Below, one piece after another: positions 9,345 through 20,916 of a stretch of DNA of 64,000 nucleotides. The notes under the pieces are model-generated. The model did not search any database and was not told the origin of the DNA. It saw only the letters and a program-made list of their open reading frames with translations. A program made the translations under genes and the position numbers. The stretch lies in assembly GCA_965279035.1 (NCBI GenBank), contig OZ257142.1, positions 1,664,001-1,728,000 of the forward strand. The letters run 5' to 3'. Every line of letters starts with the position of its first letter. The stretch's first letter is position 1. This DNA comes from Bacteroidia bacterium (GTDB taxonomy: Bacteria; Bacteroidota; Bacteroidia; M30B66).

Positions 9345-9983
9345 CTATTTCCCCTTTATTTTTTTGTAGGTATGCCGAGTGAGCATAATCAATACAGCGC
9401 CCGAAAATGCTAGGAACATATCCTTTTGAGCATCCCAATTATCGCCTTGTGAACCTAAAAAAGCAATGCCTTCTTCTGGATATAAAATATCTGCAACAGC
9501 CCATTCAATTAATTCATACAATGCCGAAAACGACATGGTAATTTCAATTGGTAATACATTACACACCCATCTTGGCCATTTAAACCAATTGCGGAAATAA
9601 TCACGCATCGGATAGGCGAGTAAAAAACCAAAACTAAAATGGACAATTCGATCGTAATGATTGCGCTCCAAATTTAATTGATCTTTTAACCAAAACCCAA
9701 ACGGATTTTCAGCATACGTATAAATGGCACCATACACATGTCCGAGAATGTAGACAAACATGAGCGTGTAGCTTAAATCCGAAAACTTAAACTTTTTATG
9801 TGTTGTAGTGAGTAATATAATAAAACCAGCAGTTAAGGTATTTTCTGTAAACCAGTTTGTTCGGTTAGGAGTAATGATAAACGTGAAAATCCAATAGACA
9901 AAAAAAGCAATAAGATAAAATTGAAGTATTCGGTTTTTATTGAATGGAATTCGTTCTTTACTACTAGCTGTTGTAAATGTCAT
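9345..9983 (-). CDS. DUF2238/YjdF family inner membrane protein
   Basis: RNHYDRIVHFSFG, YELIEW, FLGSQGDNWDAQKDM motifs. Confidence 0.9.
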   Translation of the reverse strand: MTFTTASSKERIPFNKNRILQFYLIAFFVYWIFTFIITPNRTNWFTENTLTAGFIILLTTTHKKFKFSDLSYTLMFVYILGHVYGAIYTYAENPFGFWLKDQLNLERNHYDRIVHFSFGFLLAYPMRDYFRNWFKWPRWVCNVLPIEITMSFSALYELIEWAVADILYPEEGIAFLGSQGDNWDAQKDMFLAFSGAVLIMLTRHTYKKIKGK

Positions 9984-10091
9984 GGTTGGGTTTTTTGGCT
10001 AAATAAAGAAAAATCTAAAACAAACATTTAATTATGTGTGGATTGATTCAAAATACTGTGATAAATTCGCCCTGAATAGATACACAATTCG

Positions 10092-11438
10092 GTGAGAAAA
10101 ATCTTGGTAATTGATGATGAAGAAAAGCTAAGATCCTTGCTTTCGCGGATAATTAACCTCGAAGGTTTTGAAGTAATTCAAGCTGGAGATGTTAAAACAG
10201 CATTTCTTAAATTAGAACAGAACGACATTGATATCGTGCTTTGTGATGTTAAATTACCAGATGGAAATGGTGTTGAGATATCAAAAAAAATAAAGGACAA
10301 CTATCCCTTCATTGAACTTATTTTACTCACAGCTTACGGCAATATTCCTGATGGTGTACAAGCAATAAAAAATGGTGCTTTCGACTACATTACCAAAGGC
10401 GACGATAACAATAAAATAATCCCCTTAATTCATCGAGCGCTCGAAAAAGTTGATTTATCAAAACGGGTAAATCAATTAGAAAAGCAATTAAAAACAAAGC
10501 ATTCGTTTGATGTAATTATTGGAAAATCAAAACTGATTGAAAAAGCAATTGACTTAGCAAAAAAAGTTGCCAATACCGATACAACCGTTTTACTTACAGG
10601 GGAAACTGGAACTGGTAAAGAAGTTTTTGCACAAGCCATTCATCAGGAAAGCAAAAGAAGTAAGCAAAATTTTGTTGCTATAAATTGTTCTGCTTTTAGT
10701 AAAGATTTATTGGAAAGTGAAATGTTTGGTCATAAAGCAGGGGCATTTACTAGTGCTTTGAAAGATCAAAAAGGATTATTTGAAGAAGCCAATCATGGTA
10801 CGCTGTTCTTAGATGAAATTGGTGAAATGGCGCTCGAAATTCAAGCAAAGCTATTGCGTGTTATAGAAACGGGAGAGTTTATTAAAGTGGGTGATAATAA
10901 ACCCACAAAAGTCGATATCCGTTTTATAGCTGCAACCAACCGCGATTTAATCAAAGAAATTGAACAAGGTACTTTCAGGCAAGATTTGTTTTATCGTATC
11001 TCGGTTTTTCAAATTCAATTGCCTGCTTTACGCGATCGTATCATGGACATTGAACCATTAGCCACACATTTTCTATCTATTTATGCATCCAAAACAAATA
11101 AACTAATTAAAAGTATTTCTCCTCTTTTTATTGAAGCACTTAAGCAACATACTTGGAATGGCAATATTCGTGAATTGAAAAATATCATGGAACGAAGTGT
11201 TATTTTGTCAGGGGAATCTGAATTAACAGTCGATACATTACCAATTGAAATTCAATGCCCTCCAGCTCAAATGGAAAAAGGCAAACAATTATCTGCTTTC
11301 GATTTAGCAAGCGCCGAAAAAATTCATATTCAAAAAGTGTTGAATTATACCAATGGCAACAAAACAAAAACAGCCGAATTACTCCATATTGCTTTAACAA
11401 CTTTGTATCGAAAATTAGAAGAATACAAACTGAATTAA
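10092..11438 (+). CDS. Sigma54-dependent response regulator (NtrC family bEBP)
   Basis: Receiver domain; GETGTGKE Walker A; GAFTSA (GAFTGA variant); Fis-type HTH. Confidence 0.95.
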   Translation: MRKILVIDDEEKLRSLLSRIINLEGFEVIQAGDVKTAFLKLEQNDIDIVLCDVKLPDGNGVEISKKIKDNYPFIELILLTAYGNIPDGVQAIKNGAFDYITKGDDNNKIIPLIHRALEKVDLSKRVNQLEKQLKTKHSFDVIIGKSKLIEKAIDLAKKVANTDTTVLLTGETGTGKEVFAQAIHQESKRSKQNFVAINCSAFSKDLLESEMFGHKAGAFTSALKDQKGLFEEANHGTLFLDEIGEMALEIQAKLLRVIETGEFIKVGDNKPTKVDIRFIAATNRDLIKEIEQGTFRQDLFYRISVFQIQLPALRDRIMDIEPLATHFLSIYASKTNKLIKSISPLFIEALKQHTWNGNIRELKNIMERSVILSGESELTVDTLPIEIQCPPAQMEKGKQLSAFDLASAEKIHIQKVLNYTNGNKTKTAELLHIALTTLYRKLEEYKLN

Positions 11439-11440
11439 AA

Positions 11441-11482
11441 CCCTAGCATATTGGTAGGGTAAAGCCTATCAAAACGAAAGGG
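11441..11482. promoter_or_regulatory. Tandem palindromic sites, putative bEBP enhancer (UAS)
   Basis: ccctagc-atatt-ggtaggg (11441-11459) and gcctatc-aaaac-gaaaggg (11464-11482). Confidence 0.55.
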
Positions 11483-11556
11483 TTTGTTTATTCTATTTTA
11501 AATAATAAATTCATAAATATATGATAATCAAAATTCTATATCTATTAATTCGAATT

Positions 11557-11571
11557 TGGATTGCCAATTGA
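11557..11571 (+). promoter_or_regulatory. Putative sigma54 -24/-12 promoter (variant)
   Basis: TGG-N8-TTGA has the spacing of TGGCAC-N5-TTGC; lies ~30 nt before the first ORF of the kdp operon. Confidence 0.45.
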
Positions 11572-11601
11572 AAAGCGCGGCACATTCAAATCTTATTTAA
11601 T

Positions 11602-11880
11602 ATGAAAGCTCATAAGAACATTTACAAACAAGCACAACGATTTGCTGAGATCACGAAACAATTAATCATTTCTGGTCATATTCTAAAAGCCAAACAGAAC
11701 ATCAAAAAGGCGGAAGATATTTTTATGAATGGTTCTTCCGAAATCAGAAATGCGATTTCAAATGTCTATGTATATTCTGTAACGAGTTTTATGGAATTAC
11801 ATCATTGCAACATAAAAGATTTCTTGCCAAGTACTCTGCAAAAGGAATATTACAAGCAAGTGTATTCTTTGGGTGTTTAA
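11602..11880 (+). CDS. Small conserved hypothetical protein heading the kdp operon (DUF7674-like)
   Basis: NAISNVYVYSV...EYYKQV motif; position before kdpF. Confidence 0.75.
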   Translation: MKAHKNIYKQAQRFAEITKQLIISGHILKAKQNIKKAEDIFMNGSSEIRNAISNVYVYSVTSFMELHHCNIKDFLPSTLQKEYYKQVYSLGV

Positions 11881-11951
11881 TTCAAAAAACTGAATTCTAC
11901 AGTACTTTTTATTGCATTTCATTTTTGCAATTCACCTCAAAAAATTACCTC

Positions 11952-12029
11952 ATGCTTACATTGTTTATCATCGTAATTGCTGTTTTTGGCTACATGTGCT
12001 ATGTTTTGCTGAAACCCGAAGAATTCTAG
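11952..12029 (+). CDS. kdpF: K+-transporting ATPase subunit F
   Basis: 25-aa MLTLFIIVIAVFGYMCYVLLKPEEF with Y..Y.LLKPE.F signature. Confidence 0.9.
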   Translation: MLTLFIIVIAVFGYMCYVLLKPEEF

Positions 12030-12143
12030 TGTTCTTTTCAACATACGCTTGATTGCGTGAACTATTTTCCAAGAGAATATAACATTCTATTCAGGTTGAA
12101 TGAATCATGAATGCTCCTATTTTAAATTAAAAACGCTCACCAA

Positions 12144-13847
12144 ATGAATTCGGAAATTATTGGAGTAATCCTTATGTTTTTATTGCTTGTTATATTGGCT
12201 ATTCCATTTGGAAAGTATATCGGCAAAGTGATTAATTATGAACACACATGGCTCGATAAAATCATCAATCCAATTGATCAGCTATTTTTTAAAATTAGTG
12301 GTATAGATGCTACCAAAGAAATGAATTGGAAGCAACATTTGCTTGCCTTGCTCAGTTTGAATTTGGTGTGGTTTATTCTATCCGTGTTCGTTCTGATGAA
12401 TATGAGTTGGCTGCCACTTAATCCAGATGGAAATCCCTCAATGAGTGGCGATTTAGCCTTTAACACCTCCGTTAGTTTTGTTACCAACACAAATCTTCAA
12501 CATTATTCTGGAGAAAATGGAATTTCCTATTTAGGTCAACTCTTCTTAATGCTTTGGCAATTTATAAGCGCTGGAACTGGAATCGCCATATGTGCAGTCG
12601 TTTTCATTGCAATGAAAGAACGGACAACTAAAACATTAGGTAATTTTTATTCACTTTTTATTAGAAGTTGCACGCGCATTTTATTTCCATTAGCTGTTGT
12701 TGTTGCAATCATTTTAGCGTTCAATGGAACTCCCATGACTTTCGAAGGAAAAGATTCGATGGTTTCGTTGCAAGGAGATACCGTTCAAGTAAGTCGTGGA
12801 CCTGTTGCTTCCTTTGTTGCTATCAAACATTTAGGAACAAACGGAGGAGGTTTTTTTGGTGCGAATTCGGCTCATCCTTTCGAAAACCCAAACTATATAA
12901 CCAACATCACCGAAATCATAACTCAAATGCTTATCCCACTCGCTATGGTGTTTGCTTTGGGCTATGTGCTTAAGCGGAAACGGTTTGCCTTTATGGTTTT
13001 TGGTGTTATGACCTTGGGATTTATATTATTAACTGTTCCTACTATTATTTCTGAAATAAATGGGAATCCTGCCATTGAGAATTTAGGAATTGCGCAACAA
13101 AATGGTAATATGGAAGGCAAAGAAATGCGATTCGGCTCTGCAGCCTCTGCTTATTGGAGTATTGCAACTACCGTTATTTCTACCGGAAGCGTCAATAGCA
13201 TGCATGATAGTTATACTCCGCTTGCTGGAATGTACCAACTCATCGCTATGATGGTAAATTGTTTTTACGGAGGTGTTGGTGTAGGATTTTTGAATTTCTA
13301 TATTTTTATCATTCTCGCTGTTTTTATTAGTGGTTTAATGGTTGGTCGAACTCCCGAATTTCTAGGGAAAAAAATCGAAGCCAAAGAGATGAAAATAGCC
13401 ATGATGATTGCTCTTCTACATCCTTTGCTTATCCTTTCTGGAACTGCACTCTCCAGCTTTATTTATGCAAATAATTCTGCAGCATATGCTGGTTGGTTAG
13501 CAAATCCAGGCTATCATGGATTTAGCGAAATGCTCTATGAATTTACATCTTCAAGTGCTAACAATGGTAGTGGTTTCGAAGGACTTGGTGATAATACGGC
13601 ATTTTGGAATATTGCCTGTGGAATAGTAATGTTACTGGCTCGCTTTTTACCAATCATTGGTCCTGTTGCTATTGCTGGGATTTTGGCAAGTAAAAAATAC
13701 ATTCCCGAAAGCAACGGAACGCTCAAAACTGATACATCAACATTTGGATTTATGGTATTTGCTATCATCGCACTTGTTGCAGCATTAGCCTTCTTTCCTG
13801 CGCTAACTCTTGGTCCTATTGCTGAATATTTTAATATGATTAAATAA
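12144..13847 (+). CDS. kdpA: K+-transporting ATPase subunit A
   Basis: [27 protein letters not shown] motifs. Confidence 0.97.
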   Translation: MNSEIIGVILMFLLLVILAIPFGKYIGKVINYEHTWLDKIINPIDQLFFKISGIDATKEMNWKQHLLALLSLNLVWFILSVFVLMNMSWLPLNPDGNPSMSGDLAFNTSVSFVTNTNLQHYSGENGISYLGQLFLMLWQFISAGTGIAICAVVFIAMKERTTKTLGNFYSLFIRSCTRILFPLAVVVAIILAFNGTPMTFEGKDSMVSLQGDTVQVSRGPVASFVAIKHLGTNGGGFFGANSAHPFENPNYITNITEIITQMLIPLAMVFALGYVLKRKRFAFMVFGVMTLGFILLTVPTIISEINGNPAIENLGIAQQNGNMEGKEMRFGSAASAYWSIATTVISTGSVNSMHDSYTPLAGMYQLIAMMVNCFYGGVGVGFLNFYIFIILAVFISGLMVGRTPEFLGKKIEAKEMKIAMMIALLHPLLILSGTALSSFIYANNSAAYAGWLANPGYHGFSEMLYEFTSSSANNGSGFEGLGDNTAFWNIACGIVMLLARFLPIIGPVAIAGILASKKYIPESNGTLKTDTSTFGFMVFAIIALVAALAFFPALTLGPIAEYFNMIK

Positions 13848-13855
13848 TTAGGAAA

Positions 13856-15892
13856 ATGGCAACAAATCCATCATTATTTCAAAAAGAATTAATGCTTGAA
13901 GCTTTCAAACATTCTTTTCTAAAACTCAATCCAGTATTGATGTTTCGCAATCCAGTGATGTTTACTGTCGAGATTGGAACATTGGTCATGCTTGGTGTTT
14001 GTCTTTGGATTATCTCTGGAGAAAATTCTCAAGGAAGTTTACTTTATAATTGTACAATTTTCTTCGTGTTATTTCTCACCTTATTATTTGCCAATTTTGC
14101 AGAAGCAATAGCCGAAGCACGTGGAAAAGCACAAGCAAATAGTCTACGTAAAACACGGAAAGAAACTCCTGCTAAAAAAGTTTTTCCTTTAGGTGATTTA
14201 ACAACGGATGAAATTCGAATTGTTTCCTCATCCAAACTAGTAAAAGAAGATATTTTCATTTGTGAAGCAGGTGATATCATTCCAACCGATGGTGAAATCA
14301 TTAAGGGATTAGCAACTATCGACGAATCAGCTATAACTGGAGAATCAGCTCCTGTTATTCGTGAAGCTGGTGGTGACAAAAGCTCTGTAACAGGCGGCAC
14401 GAAAGTGCTTAGTGATAAAATTACTGTACGTGTTACTACCGAACCAGGAGAGAGTTTTTTAGATAAAATGATCGCTTTGGTTGAGGGTGCTAGTCGACAA
14501 AAACCCCCCAATGAAATTGCATTAACTATTTTATTGGCAGGATTTACACTGGTTTTTATCATTGTAACTGTTACTCTTAAACCATTTGCTGATTTTGCAA
14601 ATACACCTATCACTATAGCTGCATTTATTTCATTATTTGTTTGCTTAATTCCAACAACGATTGGGGGTTTATTATCTGCCATTGGTATCGCTGGAATGGA
14701 TCGTGCATTACGTGCGAATGTTATAACAAAAAGTGGTAAAGCGGTAGAAACTGCTGGTGACATCGATGTTTTATTATTAGATAAAACAGGGACCATTACC
14801 ATTGGAAATAGAAAAGCAACACATTTTTATCCATCGAACAGTATTGATCCAACCCATTTCACACAATGTGTTGTTTTAAGTTCTATGAGCGATGAAACTC
14901 CCGAAGGAAAATCCATCATTGAATTAGCTGGATTGAACCCTTTGAGTTTTCCTATTCAATCACCTCGATTTATAAAATTCACTGCCGAAACTCGAAGTAG
15001 TGGAATTGATTTCGAAAATACGCGTATCCGAAAAGGAGCAACCGATTCAATCAAATCAATGTGTCAGGAAGCTGGAAATGGCTTTCCTGTCGAGACTGCC
15101 GAACGTGTGAAAATAATTTCTCAAAACGGTGGAACGCCTTTGGTTGTTTCCGAAAATGAACAAGTAATTGGTGTTATTGAGTTGCAAGATATTATTAAGC
15201 CAGGCATTCAAGAACGTTTTGAGCGTCTTCGAAAAATGGGAATTAAAACGGTTATGGTTACTGGAGATAATCCATTAACTGCAAAATTCATTGCAGAAAA
15301 AGCAGGTGTGGACGATTTTATTGCAGAAGCAAAGCCGGAAGATAAAATGAACTACATCAAAAAAGAACAATCCGAAGGACGATTAGTTGCCATGATGGGA
15401 GATGGAACAAACGATGCTCCTGCTTTAGCTCAAGCTGATGTTGGTGTTGCGATGAATAGTGGAACTCAAGCAGCCAAAGAAGCTGGTAATATGGTTGATT
15501 TAGATAATGATCCAACCAAATTAATTGAGATTGTTGAAATTGGTAAACAATTATTAATGACGCGTGGAACATTAACTACTTTCAGTATTGCCAATGATGT
15601 TGCTAAATATTTTGCCATCATTCCTGCATTATTTATTGTCGCAATTCCTGCACTTCAAGGACTCAATATTATGCATTTACACAGTCCTGAAAGTGCCATT
15701 CTTTCAGCTGTTATTTTTAATGCATTGATTATTCCTATCCTTATTCCATTAGCTTTAAAAGGAGTTGCATATAAACCCATTGGGGCAAGTGCTTTACTAC
15801 GAAGAAATCTCTTTATATATGGCTTAGGAGGAGTGTTAATCCCCTTTATTGGAATAAAAGTTATTGATCTACTTGTTTCAGTTTTTATTTAA
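13856..15892 (+). CDS. kdpB: K+-transporting ATPase subunit B
   Basis: [19 protein letters not shown] motifs. Confidence 0.97.
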   Translation: MATNPSLFQKELMLEAFKHSFLKLNPVLMFRNPVMFTVEIGTLVMLGVCLWIISGENSQGSLLYNCTIFFVLFLTLLFANFAEAIAEARGKAQANSLRKTRKETPAKKVFPLGDLTTDEIRIVSSSKLVKEDIFICEAGDIIPTDGEIIKGLATIDESAITGESAPVIREAGGDKSSVTGGTKVLSDKITVRVTTEPGESFLDKMIALVEGASRQKPPNEIALTILLAGFTLVFIIVTVTLKPFADFANTPITIAAFISLFVCLIPTTIGGLLSAIGIAGMDRALRANVITKSGKAVETAGDIDVLLLDKTGTITIGNRKATHFYPSNSIDPTHFTQCVVLSSMSDETPEGKSIIELAGLNPLSFPIQSPRFIKFTAETRSSGIDFENTRIRKGATDSIKSMCQEAGNGFPVETAERVKIISQNGGTPLVVSENEQVIGVIELQDIIKPGIQERFERLRKMGIKTVMVTGDNPLTAKFIAEKAGVDDFIAEAKPEDKMNYIKKEQSEGRLVAMMGDGTNDAPALAQADVGVAMNSGTQAAKEAGNMVDLDNDPTKLIEIVEIGKQLLMTRGTLTTFSIANDVAKYFAIIPALFIVAIPALQGLNIMHLHSPESAILSAVIFNALIIPILIPLALKGVAYKPIGASALLRRNLFIYGLGGVLIPFIGIKVIDLLVSVFI

Positions 15893-15902
15893 TTTTCTTA
15901 CG

Positions 15903-16478
15903 ATGAAATCAACTTTTTTAATTGCTATAAAATTAACGTTTGTTTGTCTGATTTTCTTTGTTGGATTGTATTCACTGGTTTTATTAGGAATAGCTCAATT
16001 AGCCCCCAATCAAGGCAAAGGAGAAATTCTAATCGATAACGGAAAGACATATTATGCCAATATAGGTCAACTTTTTAATCAAGATAAATACTTCTGTTCA
16101 CGCCCTTCGGCAGTTACATATAATGCAGCAGGTAGTGCTGGAAGTAATAAAGGACCAAGTAACCCGGAATATTTAGCTGAAGTAAAAAGCAGAATTGATA
16201 CATTTCTTGTTCATAATCCTGGAATTAAGATATCCGAAATTCCTTCCGATATTGTTACAGCAAGTGGTAGCGGACTCGATCCCCATATTTCAGTTCAAGC
16301 TGCAAAAATTCAAGTAAAACGGATTGCTATCATTCGGAATTTACGAGAAAATGATGTATATCAACTCATTGATAAAAACATCGAAAAGCCCCTCCTTGGT
16401 TTTCTAGGAACCGAAAAAGTTCATGTACTAAAACTGAATCTTGCCTTGGATCAACTTAACAACATTTCAAAACAATAA
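15903..16478 (+). CDS. kdpC: K+-transporting ATPase subunit C
   Basis: VTASGSGLDPHIS motif; ATG at 15903 preferred. Confidence 0.95.
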   Translation: MKSTFLIAIKLTFVCLIFFVGLYSLVLLGIAQLAPNQGKGEILIDNGKTYYANIGQLFNQDKYFCSRPSAVTYNAAGSAGSNKGPSNPEYLAEVKSRIDTFLVHNPGIKISEIPSDIVTASGSGLDPHISVQAAKIQVKRIAIIRNLRENDVYQLIDKNIEKPLLGFLGTEKVHVLKLNLALDQLNNISKQ

Positions 16479-16496
16479 TTTTCACACTAAAAAACT

Positions 16497-17873
16497 ATGA
16501 AAAATTTTACTCAAATCATTTTCAATACTGCTTTTATTTGTATTGGTCTTGTTAGCTTTAATTCGTTGCAAGCACAGCAAAAGGGTCAACCCTTCGAAGG
16601 CATTGATCAAACTTGGCAAAATGGAAGTGATCGACGAGATTCCTCCGTTTTTAATAAAATGAAATATTTTACTCCAAGTATTTTAATGGATGTGAATTAC
16701 ACCAATTCATTTAATAATCCAAACGATAATACAGTAGTTGGTTCAACTGCACTGGCTAGAAATAATGAGGTGCAATTATCTGCACTGCATTTTGGCGGTG
16801 AAGTAAATTACAATAATGCTCGAGCTAAATTCATGACTCAATTTGGAACACGTTCGATTGTTGTTCCTCGTAACGATATAAGTCCTTACAAAGGGCAATA
16901 TCAACTTGCAAATGTGTATCGCTATTTAGCCGAAGCTAATGCTGGTTATCATTTCAATGTATGGAATGGAATTAATATCGATGCTGGTATGTTTATGTCT
17001 TACATCGGATTAAATTCCTACTATCAACCCGAAAACTGGGAATATCAAGCTTCTTTTACATCTGATAATACTCCTTGGTTTTTTAATGGTCTTCGGATTC
17101 AAATTCATCCAAATAAAAACTGGAAAATTGAACCTTGGATTATCAATGGATGGCAGAGTTATGGTAAATTTAATAAAATGCCTGGTGTTGGAGGTAATAT
17201 CACCTATATGAGCTCCAATAGCAATTTAAAAGCACTCACAAATAACTATTATGGAACCGATGCAGGTGGTTTGCCAGGTCGTAAACGTTTCCATTCCGAC
17301 AACAGTGTTTTATTGCGTTACTTCAATAGACCCGAATCTTCTGGAATTAGTAAAATGGCATTTTCTCTTACTGGTGATTTTGGTTTCGAAAAAGGCGGTG
17401 GAGTTAATGGATTGAAAAACGGTGATTCTTTACAAGGGCCAGCACAGTATTTTGCAAGTGCCATGTTTTATAATCGAATCTGGTTTGCTAAGAATAAATG
17501 TGCATGGACTATTGGTGGTGGTGTGATGACCAATCCAGGTCGTTATCTAGTACTTTATCCAACAGGTCAAGCAAGTCCATTGCCGAATCCTAACAACCCA
17601 ACAACAACAGAAGGGGCTTTTCCATTCAGTGCCAATATAGGAGATCAATTTAAGGGCTGGGATATTTCTACTAATTTTGATTGGATGCCAAATCAAAGTA
17701 TCACATTTCGAATTGAGTTAGTTCATCGTGGATCAAGTGTGCCCTATTTTGCAGGTGCTGGTGGTGTAACATCTCAAACTGGATATACAACCACACCGTT
17801 AGATCCGAATTGGAGACCTGATCTCGTGAAATCCGAAACTCGAATTATTGGAGCTATTTTATTTCGCTTGTAA
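16497..17873 (+). CDS. Outer-membrane beta-barrel porin (BBP2-like), kdp-associated
   Basis: Signal peptide; DAGMFMSYIG, NTPWFFNG, WIINGWQ motifs; beta-strand C-terminus. Confidence 0.8.
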   Translation: MKNFTQIIFNTAFICIGLVSFNSLQAQQKGQPFEGIDQTWQNGSDRRDSSVFNKMKYFTPSILMDVNYTNSFNNPNDNTVVGSTALARNNEVQLSALHFGGEVNYNNARAKFMTQFGTRSIVVPRNDISPYKGQYQLANVYRYLAEANAGYHFNVWNGINIDAGMFMSYIGLNSYYQPENWEYQASFTSDNTPWFFNGLRIQIHPNKNWKIEPWIINGWQSYGKFNKMPGVGGNITYMSSNSNLKALTNNYYGTDAGGLPGRKRFHSDNSVLLRYFNRPESSGISKMAFSLTGDFGFEKGGGVNGLKNGDSLQGPAQYFASAMFYNRIWFAKNKCAWTIGGGVMTNPGRYLVLYPTGQASPLPNPNNPTTTEGAFPFSANIGDQFKGWDISTNFDWMPNQSITFRIELVHRGSSVPYFAGAGGVTSQTGYTTTPLDPNWRPDLVKSETRIIGAILFRL

Positions 17874-17949
17874 TTGGTTTTATTTTTAAATCGCAAATTC
17901 CATTATTCAAGAAGGATGGTGGAATTTGCTTTTAAGATTAGCATGTGCA

Positions 17950-19074
17950 ATGACTGAGAAAGATAAAAATGTTCAACATTTTCTCGATTTAATTAAAAAG
18001 TCGAGAAAAGGAAAATTTAAGATTTATATCGGAATGAGCGCCGGAGTAGGTAAATCGTATCGAATGCTTCAAGAAGCGCATGCATTACTCAAAAGTGGTA
18101 TCGATGTAAAAATAGGATACATTGAAACACATAATCGATTAGAAACACACGAATTGCTGAATGGATTGCCTGTAATTCCTCGTAGGAAATTGTTTTATAA
18201 AGGCAAAGAATTGGAAGAAATGGATGTACAAGCTGTCATCAATCTTCGTCCAGAAGTGGTGATTGTAGATGAATTAGCGCATACCAATATTGAAGGAAGT
18301 AAAAATGAAAAACGCTGTCAAGATGTTCTTGAAATTTTAGATGCTGGTATTAATGTAATTTCTGCAGTTAATATTCAGCACATTGAAAGTTTAAATGAAG
18401 AAATAAAAACCATTACTGGAATCGATGTAAAAGAACGAATTCCGGATAGTGTTTTAGCGCAAGCGGATGAAGTGGTGAATATTGATTTGACTGCCGATGA
18501 ATTGATTGCTCGATTAAAAGAGGGAAAAATCTATCAAGCGGATAAAATTGAAACGGCATTAACTAATTTCTTCAAAAGCGATCATATTTTACAATTACGA
18601 GAACTTGCTTTAAAGGAAGTTGCGTCTCAGGTTGAACGGAAGGTTGAATCGGAAATTACAAAGCCAAATTCGATTAAGCACGAACGTTTTATGGCCTGTA
18701 TAAGTAGTAACGACAAAACGGCAAAAAATGTCATTCGTAAAACTGCTCGATTAGCCAATTACTACCATAGTAAATGGTTTGTATTTTATGTTCAAACTCC
18801 TGATGAAAATCCCAATAAAATTGCCTTAGACAAACAACGTCATTTGATTAATAATTTCAAACTTGCCACTGAATTGGGTGCTGAAATTAAACGGGTTGAA
18901 AATAGAAGCATTGCTAATGCTATCATGGAAATGGCGATTGATCGGAATATAACTACAATTTGTATTGGAAAACCCCACTTGAATCTTTTTAAAATCATCA
19001 GATCGACAGCGATTTTCAATCAACTCTTGAAAAAGTTATCTTCTAATCATATTGATCTTGTAATTCTATCCTAG
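17950..19074 (+). CDS. kdpD: KdpD N-terminal sensor (KdpD + Usp domains) without TM or kinase
   Basis: GMSAGVGKSY, VDELAHTN, NIQHIESLN motifs; C-terminal Usp-like domain. Confidence 0.92.
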   Translation: MTEKDKNVQHFLDLIKKSRKGKFKIYIGMSAGVGKSYRMLQEAHALLKSGIDVKIGYIETHNRLETHELLNGLPVIPRRKLFYKGKELEEMDVQAVINLRPEVVIVDELAHTNIEGSKNEKRCQDVLEILDAGINVISAVNIQHIESLNEEIKTITGIDVKERIPDSVLAQADEVVNIDLTADELIARLKEGKIYQADKIETALTNFFKSDHILQLRELALKEVASQVERKVESEITKPNSIKHERFMACISSNDKTAKNVIRKTARLANYYHSKWFVFYVQTPDENPNKIALDKQRHLINNFKLATELGAEIKRVENRSIANAIMEMAIDRNITTICIGKPHLNLFKIIRSTAIFNQLLKKLSSNHIDLVILS

Positions 19075-20802
19075 ATGAAAATCAAAACCAAATTAACTTT
19101 AGGAGTTGGACTCCTTTTCATATTAATTATTTTATTGAGTATCGTTGCTGCTAAATATATTCATGATTTAAAAGACGATACCGATAATATTTTGGTAGCC
19201 AATTATAGTTCATTGCAGTATTGTAATAGCATGATGAATAACATAGATGATGCTGATTCAATGAATGTATCTGAGTTTGAAAAGAATCTACATAATCAAG
19301 AAAATAACATTTCTGAAATTGGTGAAAAGGAAGCTACCCAAGAATTAAGAACATCATTCAATGAATTTATACAAAACAGAAACGATAAGAGCAAAATAAA
19401 ACATATTCAGAATAATCTATTCAACATTATGGAAATGAATATGCAGGCTATTCAACGTAAAAGTGAAACAGCAAAAGCCACAGCCGATGATGCTGTTTTT
19501 TGGATTGTATTAACCGGAACCATGTGCTTTTTAATCGCCTTTATCTTATTAATTAATCTACCATCTAATATTGCAAATCCTATCAAAGAATTGACCGAAA
19601 GCATTAAGAAAATTGCAAATAGGCAATATAGCGAACGTGTTCATTTTGAAGGGCACAACGAATTTGGTGAATTGGCAACATCTTTCAATGTCATGGCTAA
19701 AAAATTGGAAGAATTCAACAATAGCAATTTGGCAAAGCTGATGATGGAGAAAAAACGCATTGATGCTCTAATCAATAATATGCATGATCCTGTTATTGGT
19801 TTGGATGAGCAGATGAAAGTCATATTTGCAAATCAAGAAGCTATTAAAATTTGTGGTATACAAGAAGATGAATTCATTGGTAAATCCTCTAAGGAACTAG
19901 CATTGAGAAACGATTTAATTCGATCGCTTATTCAAGATTTATCGTATACAGATTCGAAATTGAATCAGAAATCATCACCCATTAAAATATTTGCCGATAA
20001 TAAAGAAGGATATTTTGAAAAAGTCATCCTTCATATTGAAATCACTCCAACCGGAGAACAAGCCAAACAATTGATTGGACATGTTATTATATTAAGAAAC
20101 ATCACGGAATATAAAGAATTGGATTTTGCTAAAACCAATTTTATTGCTACAGTTTCCCATGAATTTAAAACTCCCATTTCATCTATAAAGATGAGTTTGC
20201 AGTTATTGGAAAATGATCAAATTGGAAAATTAAATGAGGAACAAGCAAACTTGCTTAAAAGCATTAAAGAAGATGCTAATCGTTTGTTGAAAATTACGGC
20301 TGAACTTTTAAACATGACGCAAGTGGAGAGTGGAAATATTCAGCTAACTATTCAAACAGCTAATCCATTGGAAATCGTTCAATATGCTTTGAATGCAACT
20401 CAAACTCAAGCAGATCAAAAGCACATTGTATTTAAGATAGATTGTCCCGATAACTCGATTAGAATGCAAGCAGATCCGGAGAAAACTGCCTGGGTTATTA
20501 CCAATTTAATCTCAAATGCCATTCGTTATTCAGCTGATAATTCTACTATTGATATTCAAATTTTGAAAGTTGATTCGAAAATTCAAATAGCTGTTCGTGA
20601 TTTTGGACAAGGTATTTCTGATCAATATAAAGACAAAATATTTGATAGGTATTTTAAAGTACCTGGGACTAAAATGGAAGGAACAGGGCTTGGCTTAGCA
20701 ATCAGTAAAGAATTCATTGAAGCTCAAGAAGGACAAATACATGTAGAAAGTGAAATTGGAATCGGAAGTACTTTTTCTATTTTATTAAATAGCAGTTCGT
20801 AA
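19075..20802 (+). CDS. Membrane sensor histidine kinase (2TM-HAMP-PAS-HisKA-HATPase)
   Basis: SHEFKTP H-box; NLISNAIRY; DFGQG; GTGLGL. Confidence 0.95.
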   Translation: MKIKTKLTLGVGLLFILIILLSIVAAKYIHDLKDDTDNILVANYSSLQYCNSMMNNIDDADSMNVSEFEKNLHNQENNISEIGEKEATQELRTSFNEFIQNRNDKSKIKHIQNNLFNIMEMNMQAIQRKSETAKATADDAVFWIVLTGTMCFLIAFILLINLPSNIANPIKELTESIKKIANRQYSERVHFEGHNEFGELATSFNVMAKKLEEFNNSNLAKLMMEKKRIDALINNMHDPVIGLDEQMKVIFANQEAIKICGIQEDEFIGKSSKELALRNDLIRSLIQDLSYTDSKLNQKSSPIKIFADNKEGYFEKVILHIEITPTGEQAKQLIGHVIILRNITEYKELDFAKTNFIATVSHEFKTPISSIKMSLQLLENDQIGKLNEEQANLLKSIKEDANRLLKITAELLNMTQVESGNIQLTIQTANPLEIVQYALNATQTQADQKHIVFKIDCPDNSIRMQADPEKTAWVITNLISNAIRYSADNSTIDIQILKVDSKIQIAVRDFGQGISDQYKDKIFDRYFKVPGTKMEGTGLGLAISKEFIEAQEGQIHVESEIGIGSTFSILLNSSS

Positions 20803-20916
20803 GTCTAGAATTTTATTTATGATACAGTTTTCAACATATCCATGCTTATCTAATGTTGATTCATAATCATTTTAATTCCATTTTCTTTCTTCTATTTGTT
20901 TCTTCTAACATTGATT

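Noticed and set aside
9181-9438. 85-aa minus-strand ORF
   Set aside because: Runs through REP repeats and overlaps the DUF2238 gene; no recognisable motif
14044-14802. 252-aa antisense ORF in kdpB (likewise 47620-48141 in copA)
   Set aside because: Typical antisense shadows of P-type ATPase genes
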